Of a DNA stretch of 64,000 nucleotides, positions 38,158 through 47,341 are shown one piece after another. Position numbers and translations under genes: made by a program. The DNA lies in contig VGJV01000002.1 of NCBI GenBank assembly GCA_016867315.1, forward strand, positions 51,386 to 115,385, written 5' to 3'. Position 1 is the stretch's first letter, and every line of letters begins with the position of its first letter. The notes beneath the pieces are model-generated. The model was not told where the DNA came from, searched no databases, and saw only the letters and a list, made by a program, of their open reading frames with translations. Origin of the DNA: Candidatus Liptonbacteria bacterium (lineage in GTDB: Bacteria > Patescibacteriota > Minisyncoccia > UBA6257 > 2-01-FULL-56-20).

Positions 38158-39276
38158 CTACTTAGCAAACGACGAATACCACACCTCGTTATCCCAGCCC
38201 CAATCATTCCGCATTCCTCCGGAAATCCACATCCGATCATGAAACACCACCGCGCCATGGTCTTCTCTTCCAAGCCACGAGGGGTCTCGATCGGTTTTTT
38301 CCCAAGTAACCCCATCTTTCGTAAACCATACATCATTCACTCCGCGAGATTCCGGATCATTCAAACGCCCCAAACTCCAAAGCGCGCCCTCAAAAGAAAG
38401 AAGTGCATGCCCCTGCCGTTCAGCCCAAGGCGGAGTATTCGTGAGTAATCTCCACGCACTTCCATTCTCGGAAACCCACACATCGCGGAACGTGCGCCCC
38501 GCAAGGTCCATACCTCCAGTAAGATATAGCCTATCATTAAACACAGCGACTGCATGATCCCAGCGGGGAATCCATTCTGCTTTGCCAGTTTCCTCCGTCC
38601 AATACACCCCATCCGCCGAAGACCACACATCGCTAAGAGTGCGATCTCCGTACCGCACTCCTCCGATAAGCCAAATTTTGTCGCGCCATACAAGGAGCGT
38701 ATGTCCCTCGCGAGGGATCCAGGGCGCCGCAGAAACCATCTGCTCCCATTGCCCCCCATCCTCGGTAACCCATATATCGTTTTTATATCCTACCTCAGGC
38801 CCCCACCCACCCATCACCCAAAGTTTTCCCCTGAATTCCACTGCCTGAATCGAACGCCGTTTTCCCCAAGGAGCGTGATCTAAAACTTTTTCCCATGTAA
38901 GTCCCGTCTTAGAAGTCCATACGTCATCAAAATACGGCGCTTCCCAATATCGCACATGCTCACCCGCGGCATCCCGAGTAACCAACCCATTGCCGTTGAG
39001 TCCTCCCATCACCCATAAAGCATCTTTGAATACGACAAACGCATGCGAATCCCGCGCCTCCCACATTGGAGATTGAGGCGCCCGATACCACTCGAGCGTA
39101 GGAAGCAAAGGCTGAGGTTCGGGCGGCAAAGGAAGAAGCGCAGGAGCAAATGCCTGTGGCAAAAGCGCCGGTTCATAAATCCCAAGTTCTTTTAAAACTC
39201 CTTGTCGCCAAAATCCAAAAACGATAAGTATCGCGCCTAGGCCTATTCCGATGGCCACCGCCTCATGGTGTCTCAT
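38158..39276 (-). CDS. membrane-anchored Kelch-like beta-propeller protein
   Basis: Repeated W..R..H...VF...LW..GG...DVW.S.DG..W units. Confidence 0.85.
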   Translation of the reverse strand: MRHHEAVAIGIGLGAILIVFGFWRQGVLKELGIYEPALLPQAFAPALLPLPPEPQPLLPTLEWYRAPQSPMWEARDSHAFVVFKDALWVMGGLNGNGLVTRDAAGEHVRYWEAPYFDDVWTSKTGLTWEKVLDHAPWGKRRSIQAVEFRGKLWVMGGWGPEVGYKNDIWVTEDGGQWEQMVSAAPWIPREGHTLLVWRDKIWLIGGVRYGDRTLSDVWSSADGVYWTEETGKAEWIPRWDHAVAVFNDRLYLTGGMDLAGRTFRDVWVSENGSAWRLLTNTPPWAERQGHALLSFEGALWSLGRLNDPESRGVNDVWFTKDGVTWEKTDRDPSWLGREDHGAVVFHDRMWISGGMRNDWGWDNEVWYSSFAK

Positions 39277-39283
39277 ATGAAAT

Positions 39284-41083
39284 TTAATTTTGCCCCATCC
39301 AATCATAAGAAGTATCAAGCCACGCGAGGAGCTTCTTAGCCTCTCCAAAACGATCTTCGGACTCGAGAAGGACTCCAATAATATACCCCTGCCCCTTTGG
39401 ACTCTCTGCCGCGAAGATAAAAGCTTGTCCTGCCCGCGGCGTCTCTCCGGTTTTGCCGGCAAAAACTTCGAAAGGAGCATTCGAAGAATTACTCAGTAAT
39501 GCGTTGGTAGTACGAACGCGATACGTATTGCCACGCGTGCTCCGTACTCGCGTGTCAGGTGTTCCTAATATAGTGCGAAGCGAGGGATGCACCTCGAGCA
39601 CCTCGCGGAAGAGGGCGACAAGCTCGCGGGGCGCAGCTCGATTCAGCGAACTGTCTTTTGCACCATCAAGTCCGGTCACATTAGAAATCGCTACGGCGCT
39701 AAGCCCCAACCTTTGAGCCTCTTCTTTCATAAGCTCGATAAACTTTTCATTCCCTATAGCGTCCGCAAGCGCCCGCGCCGCCGGATTCGATGACTCTATA
39801 AGAAGCAACGAAAGCATCTCTTCTATGGAAATAGCTTCTCCCGCTTCAAGCCGAGCCTGCCCCTCCTTCACCGCTTCCCGAGCAGCCGACAAAGAAACGG
39901 TGATGAGTGTTCCTGGCGGGAAAAGTTTCTCCGCTACAATAGCCGTAAAAAGTTTAGTGATACTCGCGATAGCGCGCGGCACTCGAGACTCCTTTTCCAT
40001 AAGAATCTTGGGCTCGCCTTCCCATGGTATATACACTGCGAGTGCCCCTTGAGCGGAAAGTTCTAACCCGCTGGCTGGACCACGAAATCGGGGATAGCGC
40101 TCATCTCCATGCAAGGCAAGATATTCCGCGGTTCCCACGTTGCCCTCTTTGATCCCTTTCGCAATTGCCTCCCCTACAAATCGATAATGCCAAGGCTCAT
40201 GCATATAGGTCGTGATGGTTTCCCGCTCGGGCGGATAAGATTGTACAAATCCAAATTCTGCAGCATGCCTCTCCAACCAACGCCCCTCTTCGGTTTTATG
40301 GAAATTCAAAGGCGTCCCTCTAAACCCTACGGTAAATCCTGTGAGATCTACCGTAGTTCCTAACTGGTGCTCAGAAGCCCCGGGAGGAGCCACGGCGTTG
40401 CGTGCGCGCTCTCCCTCAACTGCGAGCCAATACTCAAAAAGAGCTTTTTGCACCTCTGCCGAGCGGAAACCGGAACTCACTCCCAACTGAATATTTTCTT
40501 TTTTGGCTGCCTCGAGCATTCGCCTGAGAGCTCCTGCGGTCTCCTCTCGTAAACAAATAATTCCATTTGTCCAAATTCCCTTCGCTTCAAGCACCACAAG
40601 ATCCGCAGGCGCATACGCGTACGGCAAGGAATGCTCCTTGTCTACGCGATACAAAGAAAAATCCGGATATGCTCCTGAAGGTTTGGGACACACTACGTCA
40701 AAATACAGTCTATTTATGTGCTCTCGAGTTTCGGCATCAAATGTTCCCGTCTCCGGTAAATTTTCTTCTTTCTGCAAAGCACGCACTGCGGCCTGCGTCC
40801 GGTCGCCGTAAAAACCGGAAACATCTTTTGCATTCAAAAAGTTTTGCTGCGCAAGTGTCCGCTGCAGCAATGTCACATCTGCACCTCGAATTCCCTTTCC
40901 CAAATCCCGAGTAAAACCAGCTCGAGCCCGCCACTCCCGCGCGGCATTCACTTCGAGCCGAAGCAACGCCGCCACCTGCGACTCGGAAATTTCCTCCTCA
41001 ATAACCGCCTTATGCACGAGAAGTCCGCTAAGGATTACCGTAATCCCTACCGCCCCTCCGATCCACATAAACCATCGACTCAT
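39284..41083 (-). CDS. PG-binding + VanY (M15B) + S11 D-Ala-D-Ala carboxypeptidase fusion
   Basis: TM; PG_binding_1-like segment; SGFRS, SEHQLG..D, EPWH; SITK, SSN, KTG. Confidence 0.85.
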   Translation of the reverse strand: MSRWFMWIGGAVGITVILSGLLVHKAVIEEEISESQVAALLRLEVNAAREWRARAGFTRDLGKGIRGADVTLLQRTLAQQNFLNAKDVSGFYGDRTQAAVRALQKEENLPETGTFDAETREHINRLYFDVVCPKPSGAYPDFSLYRVDKEHSLPYAYAPADLVVLEAKGIWTNGIICLREETAGALRRMLEAAKKENIQLGVSSGFRSAEVQKALFEYWLAVEGERARNAVAPPGASEHQLGTTVDLTGFTVGFRGTPLNFHKTEEGRWLERHAAEFGFVQSYPPERETITTYMHEPWHYRFVGEAIAKGIKEGNVGTAEYLALHGDERYPRFRGPASGLELSAQGALAVYIPWEGEPKILMEKESRVPRAIASITKLFTAIVAEKLFPPGTLITVSLSAAREAVKEGQARLEAGEAISIEEMLSLLLIESSNPAARALADAIGNEKFIELMKEEAQRLGLSAVAISNVTGLDGAKDSSLNRAAPRELVALFREVLEVHPSLRTILGTPDTRVRSTRGNTYRVRTTNALLSNSSNAPFEVFAGKTGETPRAGQAFIFAAESPKGQGYIIGVLLESEDRFGEAKKLLAWLDTSYDWMGQN

Positions 41084-41128
41084 ATGAAAATAAGAGTACA
41101 CGACAAGGAAGCTCCTCGCCAGGAGTTT

Positions 41129-41157
41129 TTGCCAATTGAAGAGAGTTATGGTATACT
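41129..41157 (+). promoter_or_regulatory. promoter of the RRM gene
   Basis: TTGCCA-17-TATACT with extended TG. Confidence 0.7.
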
Positions 41158-41302
41158 TCCGCGGTAAGTGTTCTCGGAGGTTTTCTGAACCCAAGACACC
41201 TTGAGTGTTGTAAGGCGAGGAACCAGAAGAGAGAGGGGGTCTCGAGCAATTTGCTCTTAATTAATAAGACTCCAGGTCGCCTTACAGCCTATACGAAGAA
41301 AA

Positions 41303-41590
41303 ATGGCTAAAAGATTGTACGTAGGAGGACTTCCCTATTCCACCACGCAGGACGAGTTGAAAGACGCGTTCGCGCAAGCGGGAACTGTGGAATCCGCCTC
41401 GATCATCACCGACAAAATGTCCGGCCGCTCCAAAGGTTTTGGTTTCGTCGAAATGTCGACTGACGCGGAAGCGCAGAAGGCAATTGAGATGTGGAACGGA
41501 AAAGACTTTGGTGGACGGAAATTGACGGTGAACGAAGCACGGCCCATGGAGGCCCGTGCACCCCGCAGCGGTGGTGGAGGAAACTGGTAA
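41303..41590 (+). CDS. RRM (RNP-1) RNA-binding protein
   Basis: LYVGGL (RNP2), KGFGFVEM (RNP1), VNEARP, Gly tail. Confidence 0.95.
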   Translation: MAKRLYVGGLPYSTTQDELKDAFAQAGTVESASIITDKMSGRSKGFGFVEMSTDAEAQKAIEMWNGKDFGGRKLTVNEARPMEARAPRSGGGGNW

Positions 41591-41610
41591 CCCAGTCCCC
41601 TCGCAACGGG

Positions 41611-41640
41611 AAAACACCCCGACCTAGGTCGGGGTGTTTT
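41611..41640 (+). terminator. intrinsic terminator, perfect 30-bp palindrome
   Basis: AAAACACCCCGACCTAGGTCGGGGTGTTTT. Confidence 0.85.
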
Positions 41641-41725
41641 ATTGTGCCCTGAGCGAAGCCAAAAGTTTTGACAAGAACGGGAAGATATTATAAAGTTTTG
41701 CCGGCCTTTTAAACAATTTTATATT

Positions 41726-42307
41726 ATGGAAACAACTACCGAACCAAACCGAATCTGCATCTTGCTGCTTGAGGATAACGTGGAAAATGTGAGAAGGGTG
41801 GAAAGCACACTTAAAACCGCCGGGTTGAATCATTCAATTCTATGGGTAAAAACCAATGAGGATTTTGCAGGAGAACTGTCAAATTCAGCTCCCTCTCAAA
41901 TAATCCTCTCAGGATGGAAAGGAACGGCTTTCGAGGGCCTCACCGCTCTCGACATTACTAGAGAAAGAACTCCCACCATTCCATTTCTATTCGTTACAAA
42001 CTCGCCGGGCGACTCTGCAATTATCGAAGCATTCCGTCGTGGAGCTACCGATTTTATTGTAGGAAACCAACTCTCCACCGAGCTCATCCCGGCAATCACG
42101 CGAGCCCTAGAAATCGCAAAAAAACGCCTGGGAAAATATCTCCCCATTTGTAGTCATTGCAAAAAGATTCGAGAAGGCACAAATCAATGGTATCAACTCG
42201 AAAGATTTTTCACAGACAAAGTGGGGGTTCGATTCAGTCATTCTATCTGCCCAGACTGTTTTGCAAAACAAATGGCAGATATCGAAAATCTGCCTCTACC
42301 CAAATAA
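41726..42307 (+). CDS. receiver-domain protein with C-terminal CxxC...HxxCxxC domain
   Basis: ILLLEDN, PFLFVT, GATDFI; LPICSHCKKIR...FSHSICPDC. Confidence 0.8.
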   Translation: METTTEPNRICILLLEDNVENVRRVESTLKTAGLNHSILWVKTNEDFAGELSNSAPSQIILSGWKGTAFEGLTALDITRERTPTIPFLFVTNSPGDSAIIEAFRRGATDFIVGNQLSTELIPAITRALEIAKKRLGKYLPICSHCKKIREGTNQWYQLERFFTDKVGVRFSHSICPDCFAKQMADIENLPLPK

Positions 42308-42341
42308 CAACGAATTCCACGGAACTTTGAGCGAGACCAAA

Positions 42342-42377
42342 AAGAAGCCCGGAGGCGCAGGGCGCTCCGGGCTTCTT
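42342..42377 (+). terminator. intrinsic terminator
   Basis: AAGAAGCCCGGAG / CTCCGGGCTTCTT. Confidence 0.7.
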
Positions 42378-42513
42378 ACATTTCAAAATGAAGCCCCTTC
42401 ATATACCCTTCACTCTCCGAGCTTAGGCTTCTAAACAGGGGCAGCCGGGATGCTGTCCTCCCCCTTAACAAGAAACCAAACCGGGCTGCAAGATAGCCTA
42501 AAGAAAGGAGTCG

Positions 42514-43302
42514 ATGATGGCCAAAGGGTTACGGCCGTTCTTCGATACAGTGTTGCACGCAGCTGGAGCAAAATTGTTCTGGCGACATCAGAGAGGGAAA
42601 ACCGAAGCCCTCTTTTCTAAATCAGATAATCCAGCGGATAGGGTAACAAGGGGCGATTATGATTCCACTCGGATTATCGAAAAACATCTGCGAGCCGAAT
42701 TCCCCGACCACAAAAGGATTGGGGAAGAAGGAAAACGACGATGGATATTAGATCCTAAAAACGGTACATGGATCTACGATCCCTTGGACGGCACGTGGAA
42801 CTTTTCTCAACACGACCCACGCTTTGCAGTGATGATGGCATTCGCGCAAAGCAATGAGCTCGAGGCAGCAGGGATATTTTTCCCTATCACCAACCAATTC
42901 TACTTCGCGCAGCGAGGCAGAGGACTTTTCCTTAACGGAAATCGGGTACCTCTTTGCGACGGGAAAGAAAGGAGAAGTAAGAATGGCGGTTGTGTGGGAG
43001 ACAAAAATCTGCCTCAGGTGGAAAGACTCATCAAAAGATTCAGATTCGCCACCTGGAACGAGTGCGTCGCGTGGGATGCGGACATGCTCATTCAGGGACA
43101 AGCCAATTGGCTCGTCTCATTCGAAGCGATGATTTGGGACTATGCTCCCGTCGCGCTTATCCTTATGGAAGGAGGCTTCGTCGTGACGAACGCCGAAGGC
43201 GCTCCTTGGTCCTTAACGGACAACACACTGGTCGCAGCGCCCGTTGCTGGCCATCCGAATATACTGAAACACGTGAAGAAAGTGAGAAAGCTCATCAAAT
43301 GA
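42514..43302 (+). CDS. inositol monophosphatase family protein
   Basis: VTRGD, GEE, DPLDGTWNF, WDYA. Confidence 0.88.
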   Translation: MMAKGLRPFFDTVLHAAGAKLFWRHQRGKTEALFSKSDNPADRVTRGDYDSTRIIEKHLRAEFPDHKRIGEEGKRRWILDPKNGTWIYDPLDGTWNFSQHDPRFAVMMAFAQSNELEAAGIFFPITNQFYFAQRGRGLFLNGNRVPLCDGKERRSKNGGCVGDKNLPQVERLIKRFRFATWNECVAWDADMLIQGQANWLVSFEAMIWDYAPVALILMEGGFVVTNAEGAPWSLTDNTLVAAPVAGHPNILKHVKKVRKLIK

Positions 43303-43336
43303 GGCCCAAGATTACCAAGGAGGGGCCTCTTTTCAT

Positions 43337-43999
43337 TTATATCTTCTCTGCGTTTTCTACCCGGAAGGTTCCGATCTGCGTCCGGCGCAAACTCCAAAGC
43401 GTCGCCGGCACCCCTACACGCTTTCCAATCTCTTCCGCCAAAGAACGGATATACGTTCCGCTTGCGACTTCTGTCTCAAACTTCAGAACTACCCCCTCTC
43501 CTTCCTGGCAAATTCCTTGAAATGTAATTCGAATCACTTCCATTTCTTTTTCGGGAGGAGTAAATTCCTCCCTTTGTCGTGCTTTTGCATACAAACGCTT
43601 CCCACCCACCTTAATCGCCGAATATTTTGGTACCGGCAACATAATCTTTCCCACCATGCTTTTTAAAACTCCCTCCGAGCTTTCTTTTAGAAATTCGAAA
43701 TTAGTAATGAGTAATTTCTCGAGGACCTTCCCTTCCCTATCTCCCGTGTCTGTGCGCATTCCAAGCATTACCTCTGCCTCGTAGACTTTTGGCAACTTCA
43801 GATATTCTTGTAATTTTTTTGTACCCTCCCCCACCGCCACAATCATGAGTCCCGTGGCCAGTGGGTCGAGCGTGCCCGCATGCCCCATCTTGGGAAAAGG
43901 CGCCGAATGGCCATTTTCTCTAAACTTTCGCCGCAGTCTTCGGATCACATCAAACGACGTGATCCCGGAAGGCTTGTCTATAAGCAAAATGTTGTGCAT
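43337..43999 (-). CDS. truB: tRNA pseudouridine(55) synthase TruB
   Basis: [33 protein letters not shown]. Confidence 0.95.
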   Translation of the reverse strand: MHNILLIDKPSGITSFDVIRRLRRKFRENGHSAPFPKMGHAGTLDPLATGLMIVAVGEGTKKLQEYLKLPKVYEAEVMLGMRTDTGDREGKVLEKLLITNFEFLKESSEGVLKSMVGKIMLPVPKYSAIKVGGKRLYAKARQREEFTPPEKEMEVIRITFQGICQEGEGVVLKFETEVASGTYIRSLAEEIGKRVGVPATLWSLRRTQIGTFRVENAEKI

Positions 44000-44056
44000 A
44001 TGAAATATAAGAAATCGTGGAGGTCCGCATTGCTGCAGACCTCAACTTTTTTCAAT

Positions 44057-44467
44057 CTACTCCGAAGGATCAGAGACGGGCCGAAGTCCTCCCAATTTGT
44101 GGTAGAGCTCCGCCGATAACCCAAAATGATTCGTCGCGCGCTCATCTGCTCCGCGTTCGACGAGCAGCGCAAGCATGAGTTCGCTGTGCATTGCGGCCGC
44201 CACCATAAGCGGAGTGGTTCCATATTCGCTTTTCACATCGATATCCATCCCCGCCCCCAGAAGGGCTACGACAACCGCTTCATTCTCTGCGGCGACCGCG
44301 AGATGGAGAAGAGTAAGGCCGTTTTTCCCGCGCAAGGATAAAAAGGAATGGGGGCTGAAAAGAATGTCCCCTTCTTTTCTCTTTAAAATCTCTACCAGTT
44401 CTCCTCCCTCGTTCGTATCTACGCTAGTCACATTCATCTCAGCTATCTGCATAGTATCGTCATTCAT
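44057..44467 (-). CDS. ankyrin repeat protein
   Basis: GLTLLHLAV, LLGAGMDID, GTTPLMVAA. Confidence 0.85.
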   Translation of the reverse strand: MNDDTMQIAEMNVTSVDTNEGGELVEILKRKEGDILFSPHSFLSLRGKNGLTLLHLAVAAENEAVVVALLGAGMDIDVKSEYGTTPLMVAAAMHSELMLALLVERGADERATNHFGLSAELYHKLGGLRPVSDPSE

Positions 44468-44571
44468 AAACTCATCGGGTTAAATTGTTGCTAGTGCCGC
44501 GACTATTAAACCACCCATAAGAAAGGTGTCAAACAAAACCCAAGTCGCGTAACTCCAGTGTTTCTTACGTT

Positions 44572-45603
44572 CTAGATTCTCCCCGGTTTCACGCGCGGCG
44601 TGGTCGAAGTGGGCATAGGCCCGAAGATACTCTGCACAAATTCTTCGATGGACACGGAAGAAGCAGGAGCCTCGATAGTAACAGGCACATTGAAATCCTT
44701 CCAAAGAGTAGTAATGGTCATCTTCCCATAATTATCCTTCCCATCTTGGAAAGGAATCATGACCATAGCTTTCGAGGGAAGAAGCTTCGTCTTATCCACC
44801 CATAATTCCGCCTTCACGCTTCCTAATATGGCCACCAATCTCTTCCTATCTTCCGGTTTCCAAAGCTCTTCTATTTCCTCCTCGGCAGTTTCTCGGACGT
44901 ACTCTTCGAGAGCTCGGAGTAAATTTTCCGCATTGGGTTGTATCTCATAATGATAAGAAAGCACCCCCTCCACATCCTCTTCTCGTAACACCTTGGAAAC
45001 TTTAACGAGCTTCTCGTCTCCAAATGCTTTTTTGAATTTCTCCATCTGTTCGGCAAAAGAAGGAGTAGAAGCGGAAAAGGAATCCGCCCCAAACTGTTCC
45101 GCCTGCTTTTGAAGGGCTTGAGGGTCAATCTTAATCCACTTTCGCGCAAATGGTTGCAAATTGATAAATCCCCAAAGCGGGGCTTTTGCCAATTGGACGT
45201 ATTGGAGATTATCTTTCGCAATCATCTGGATTGCTCCCTCTATTTTTTGATCTTCCTGAATCATGCGAAACGTCATTGTCTGGTCAAACGCAGGATTCTC
45301 GGTCTCCGTCAAGTCATATGCTCCCTCTATGGAAAAAGTAAGAGGAGAAGAAGAAGAAAAGGGCAAAAGCGCCGCAATTCCTCCTGCCTGAGGATTCTTT
45401 GCTACGATGGCGTCGTAATTCAAAAGAAGTTGCGCCTCACTAGAAGTACGAAAGGACTGGGCATTCTGGAGGTTATCGAACGTCCCTTGAATCACCTTTT
45501 CCGGAGGCAATCCCGAAGTAGGGGTAAGCCAATATACGAGCCCTCCCGCCACAATAATTGCAGCTACCCCAAGCGCCTTAAGCGCCGTAGAAGAAATTTG
45601 CAT
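44572..45603 (-). CDS. membrane-anchored extracellular protein (LppX/LolA-like fold suspected)
   Basis: N-terminal TM; KWIKID, LWVDK, DFNVPVTIEAP. Confidence 0.7.
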   Translation of the reverse strand: MQISSTALKALGVAAIIVAGGLVYWLTPTSGLPPEKVIQGTFDNLQNAQSFRTSSEAQLLLNYDAIVAKNPQAGGIAALLPFSSSSPLTFSIEGAYDLTETENPAFDQTMTFRMIQEDQKIEGAIQMIAKDNLQYVQLAKAPLWGFINLQPFARKWIKIDPQALQKQAEQFGADSFSASTPSFAEQMEKFKKAFGDEKLVKVSKVLREEDVEGVLSYHYEIQPNAENLLRALEEYVRETAEEEIEELWKPEDRKRLVAILGSVKAELWVDKTKLLPSKAMVMIPFQDGKDNYGKMTITTLWKDFNVPVTIEAPASSVSIEEFVQSIFGPMPTSTTPRVKPGRI

Positions 45604-45732
45604 AATGCTGGGATTATACTCCAACGCTATAAATTGACAAAAGACTCTCCGATTGGCATGCTCGAGGCAACAACCGATTGTGCTCATCGCCGTAAATGCG
45701 GCGAAATCACAATCCAACAAAAACTAAAACGT

Positions 45733-45933
45733 ATGCAATCTCCTTCTATCTCTCTAATCCTGCTCGGAATTGTAATCCTCTTCCAAACCATAACCGGCGC
45801 GTACTTCCTGATCAAGAAATCCGGAAGTGTACTGGAAGAAGAGCGACGACTCGGAATTCCTGGGCGCTACCTGCTCCCCTTCGGAATAGTCATGCTCATC
45901 CTCTTTCTTATCAACGCATTCAATCCCTCTTAA
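45733..45933 (+). CDS. small two-TM membrane protein
   Basis: 66 aa; upstream TTGACA-17-CATGCT. Confidence 0.55.
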   Translation: MQSPSISLILLGIVILFQTITGAYFLIKKSGSVLEEERRLGIPGRYLLPFGIVMLILFLINAFNPS

Positions 45934-45934
45934 T

Positions 45935-46090
45935 ATGCGCCCTCTTCTTGTCATTCTAAGTGCAGTGCTCATCATGGGCGGCCTCCTCACCACCGCCGTG
46001 GGCTGGAAAAGAGGGAATAACACGCTCGAATTTCGAGGATGGATTGCTGTGGTAATTGGAATCCTGGTGCTTCTGAAACTCTTTCCGTAA
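45935..46090 (+). CDS. small two-TM membrane protein
   Basis: MRPLLVILSAVLIMGGLLTTAVGWKRGNNTLEFRGWIAVVIGILVLLKLFP*; starts 1 nt after the previous stop. Confidence 0.5.
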   Translation: MRPLLVILSAVLIMGGLLTTAVGWKRGNNTLEFRGWIAVVIGILVLLKLFP

Positions 46091-46119
46091 AACAAGTATT
46101 GAAAAATACTCACAAAGAA

Positions 46120-46146
46120 AGCTCCTTCGGGAGCCTCTTCTTTTTC
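46120..46146 (+). terminator. intrinsic terminator
   Basis: GCTCC-TTCG-GGAGC followed by T-rich tract. Confidence 0.65.
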
Positions 46147-46171
46147 TGAAGAAGCACACTATACTACCCAT

Positions 46172-47233
46172 ATGGATTTGGCCCTCATTCTTATTCTCAT
46201 CCTGATTCTTGCCGCGCTCGCCGGTGGCTTTTGGTTTTTATGGCGGGAAATGCATCGCGAAAAAGAGGCAAAACCCGATCAATCCCTCCTTCTCCTTCAA
46301 AACCAAATCAATGAACTCTCCCGCGTACTTGATAACCGACTAGGGGATTCTGCGAAAGCAATCCAGACGCATTTTGGAGAAAGCACAAAACTTATCCGCG
46401 AAATCACCCAAGAACTCGTGCGCGTGGGCGAAGGTCAAAAACAAGTCCTCTCCATCACCGACCAACTCAAAAACCTCCAGGATATTTTGAAAAACCCGAA
46501 ACAGCGAGGAGTGCTGGGAGAATATTATCTGGAAACCGCCCTCCGAAACGTCCTCCCTCCGGGAAGCTATCAAATGCAATATCCCTTTAAAGATGGGACG
46601 ATCGTGGACGCAGTCATATTCCACCAAGGAAAAATCATCCCCATTGATTCCAAATTCTCCCTCGAAAACTACACGCGCATATTGGATTCGAAAACCGATG
46701 CAGATCGGAAAAAATTTGAGGAAGCGTTCCGCGGCGATCTAAAAACCCGTATCGATGAAACTTCAAAATATATAAAACCCACCGAAGGCACTATCGAGTT
46801 CGCCTTTATGTATATCCCCTCGGAAGGAATTTACTACGACCTCCTGGTCAATAAAGTAGGAGCGGTAGCCGCGCGCGACCTCCTAGAGTACGCCATTGCG
46901 GAAAAGAAGGTTGTCCCCGTCTCTCCTACGTCGTTTGCCGCCTATCTCCAAACAATTCTCATGGGTTTGAAACAAGCTGAAATTAACAAATCTGCTGATG
47001 AAATCCGAAAACGCGTGGGGGACTTGGGTCGCCACCTCATGAGCTTCGAAGAATACATGAAAAAATTAGGCGTGCAATTAGGCACTGCTTCGAAAACCTA
47101 TTCTAAAGCCTATCAGGAGCTCCGGAAAATAGACAAAGACGTGTTAAAAATCAGCGGCGAAACGATGGGTGTAGAACCTATGACGCTCGAAGCTCCGAGT
47201 TTTGACGAAGAAGAAAGCCAAGCACTACTTTAA
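46172..47233 (+). CDS. rmuC: DNA recombination protein RmuC
   Basis: NPKQRGVLGE, IDSKFSL, FAFMYIPSE, VSPT. Confidence 0.92.
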   Translation: MDLALILILILILAALAGGFWFLWREMHREKEAKPDQSLLLLQNQINELSRVLDNRLGDSAKAIQTHFGESTKLIREITQELVRVGEGQKQVLSITDQLKNLQDILKNPKQRGVLGEYYLETALRNVLPPGSYQMQYPFKDGTIVDAVIFHQGKIIPIDSKFSLENYTRILDSKTDADRKKFEEAFRGDLKTRIDETSKYIKPTEGTIEFAFMYIPSEGIYYDLLVNKVGAVAARDLLEYAIAEKKVVPVSPTSFAAYLQTILMGLKQAEINKSADEIRKRVGDLGRHLMSFEEYMKKLGVQLGTASKTYSKAYQELRKIDKDVLKISGETMGVEPMTLEAPSFDEEESQALL

Positions 47234-47341
47234 TTTCTAATTACTAATTCCTAAAAAATACTCAAATCCCAAATTCCAAAGGTATCCGTTCGGATTTAGA
47301 AATTGGAGTTTGTTTAGAAATTAGATATTAGGAATTAGGAT
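47232..47341. repeat. inverted degenerate heptamer array (TAATTTC / GAAATTA)
   Basis: TAATTTC TAATTAC TAATTCC ... GAAATTA GATATTA GGAATTA between rmuC and ftsZ. Confidence 0.75.

Noticed and set aside
41611-41640. Perfect palindrome as a recombination site
   Set aside because: Position after the RRM gene and A/T tails fit an ordinary terminator.
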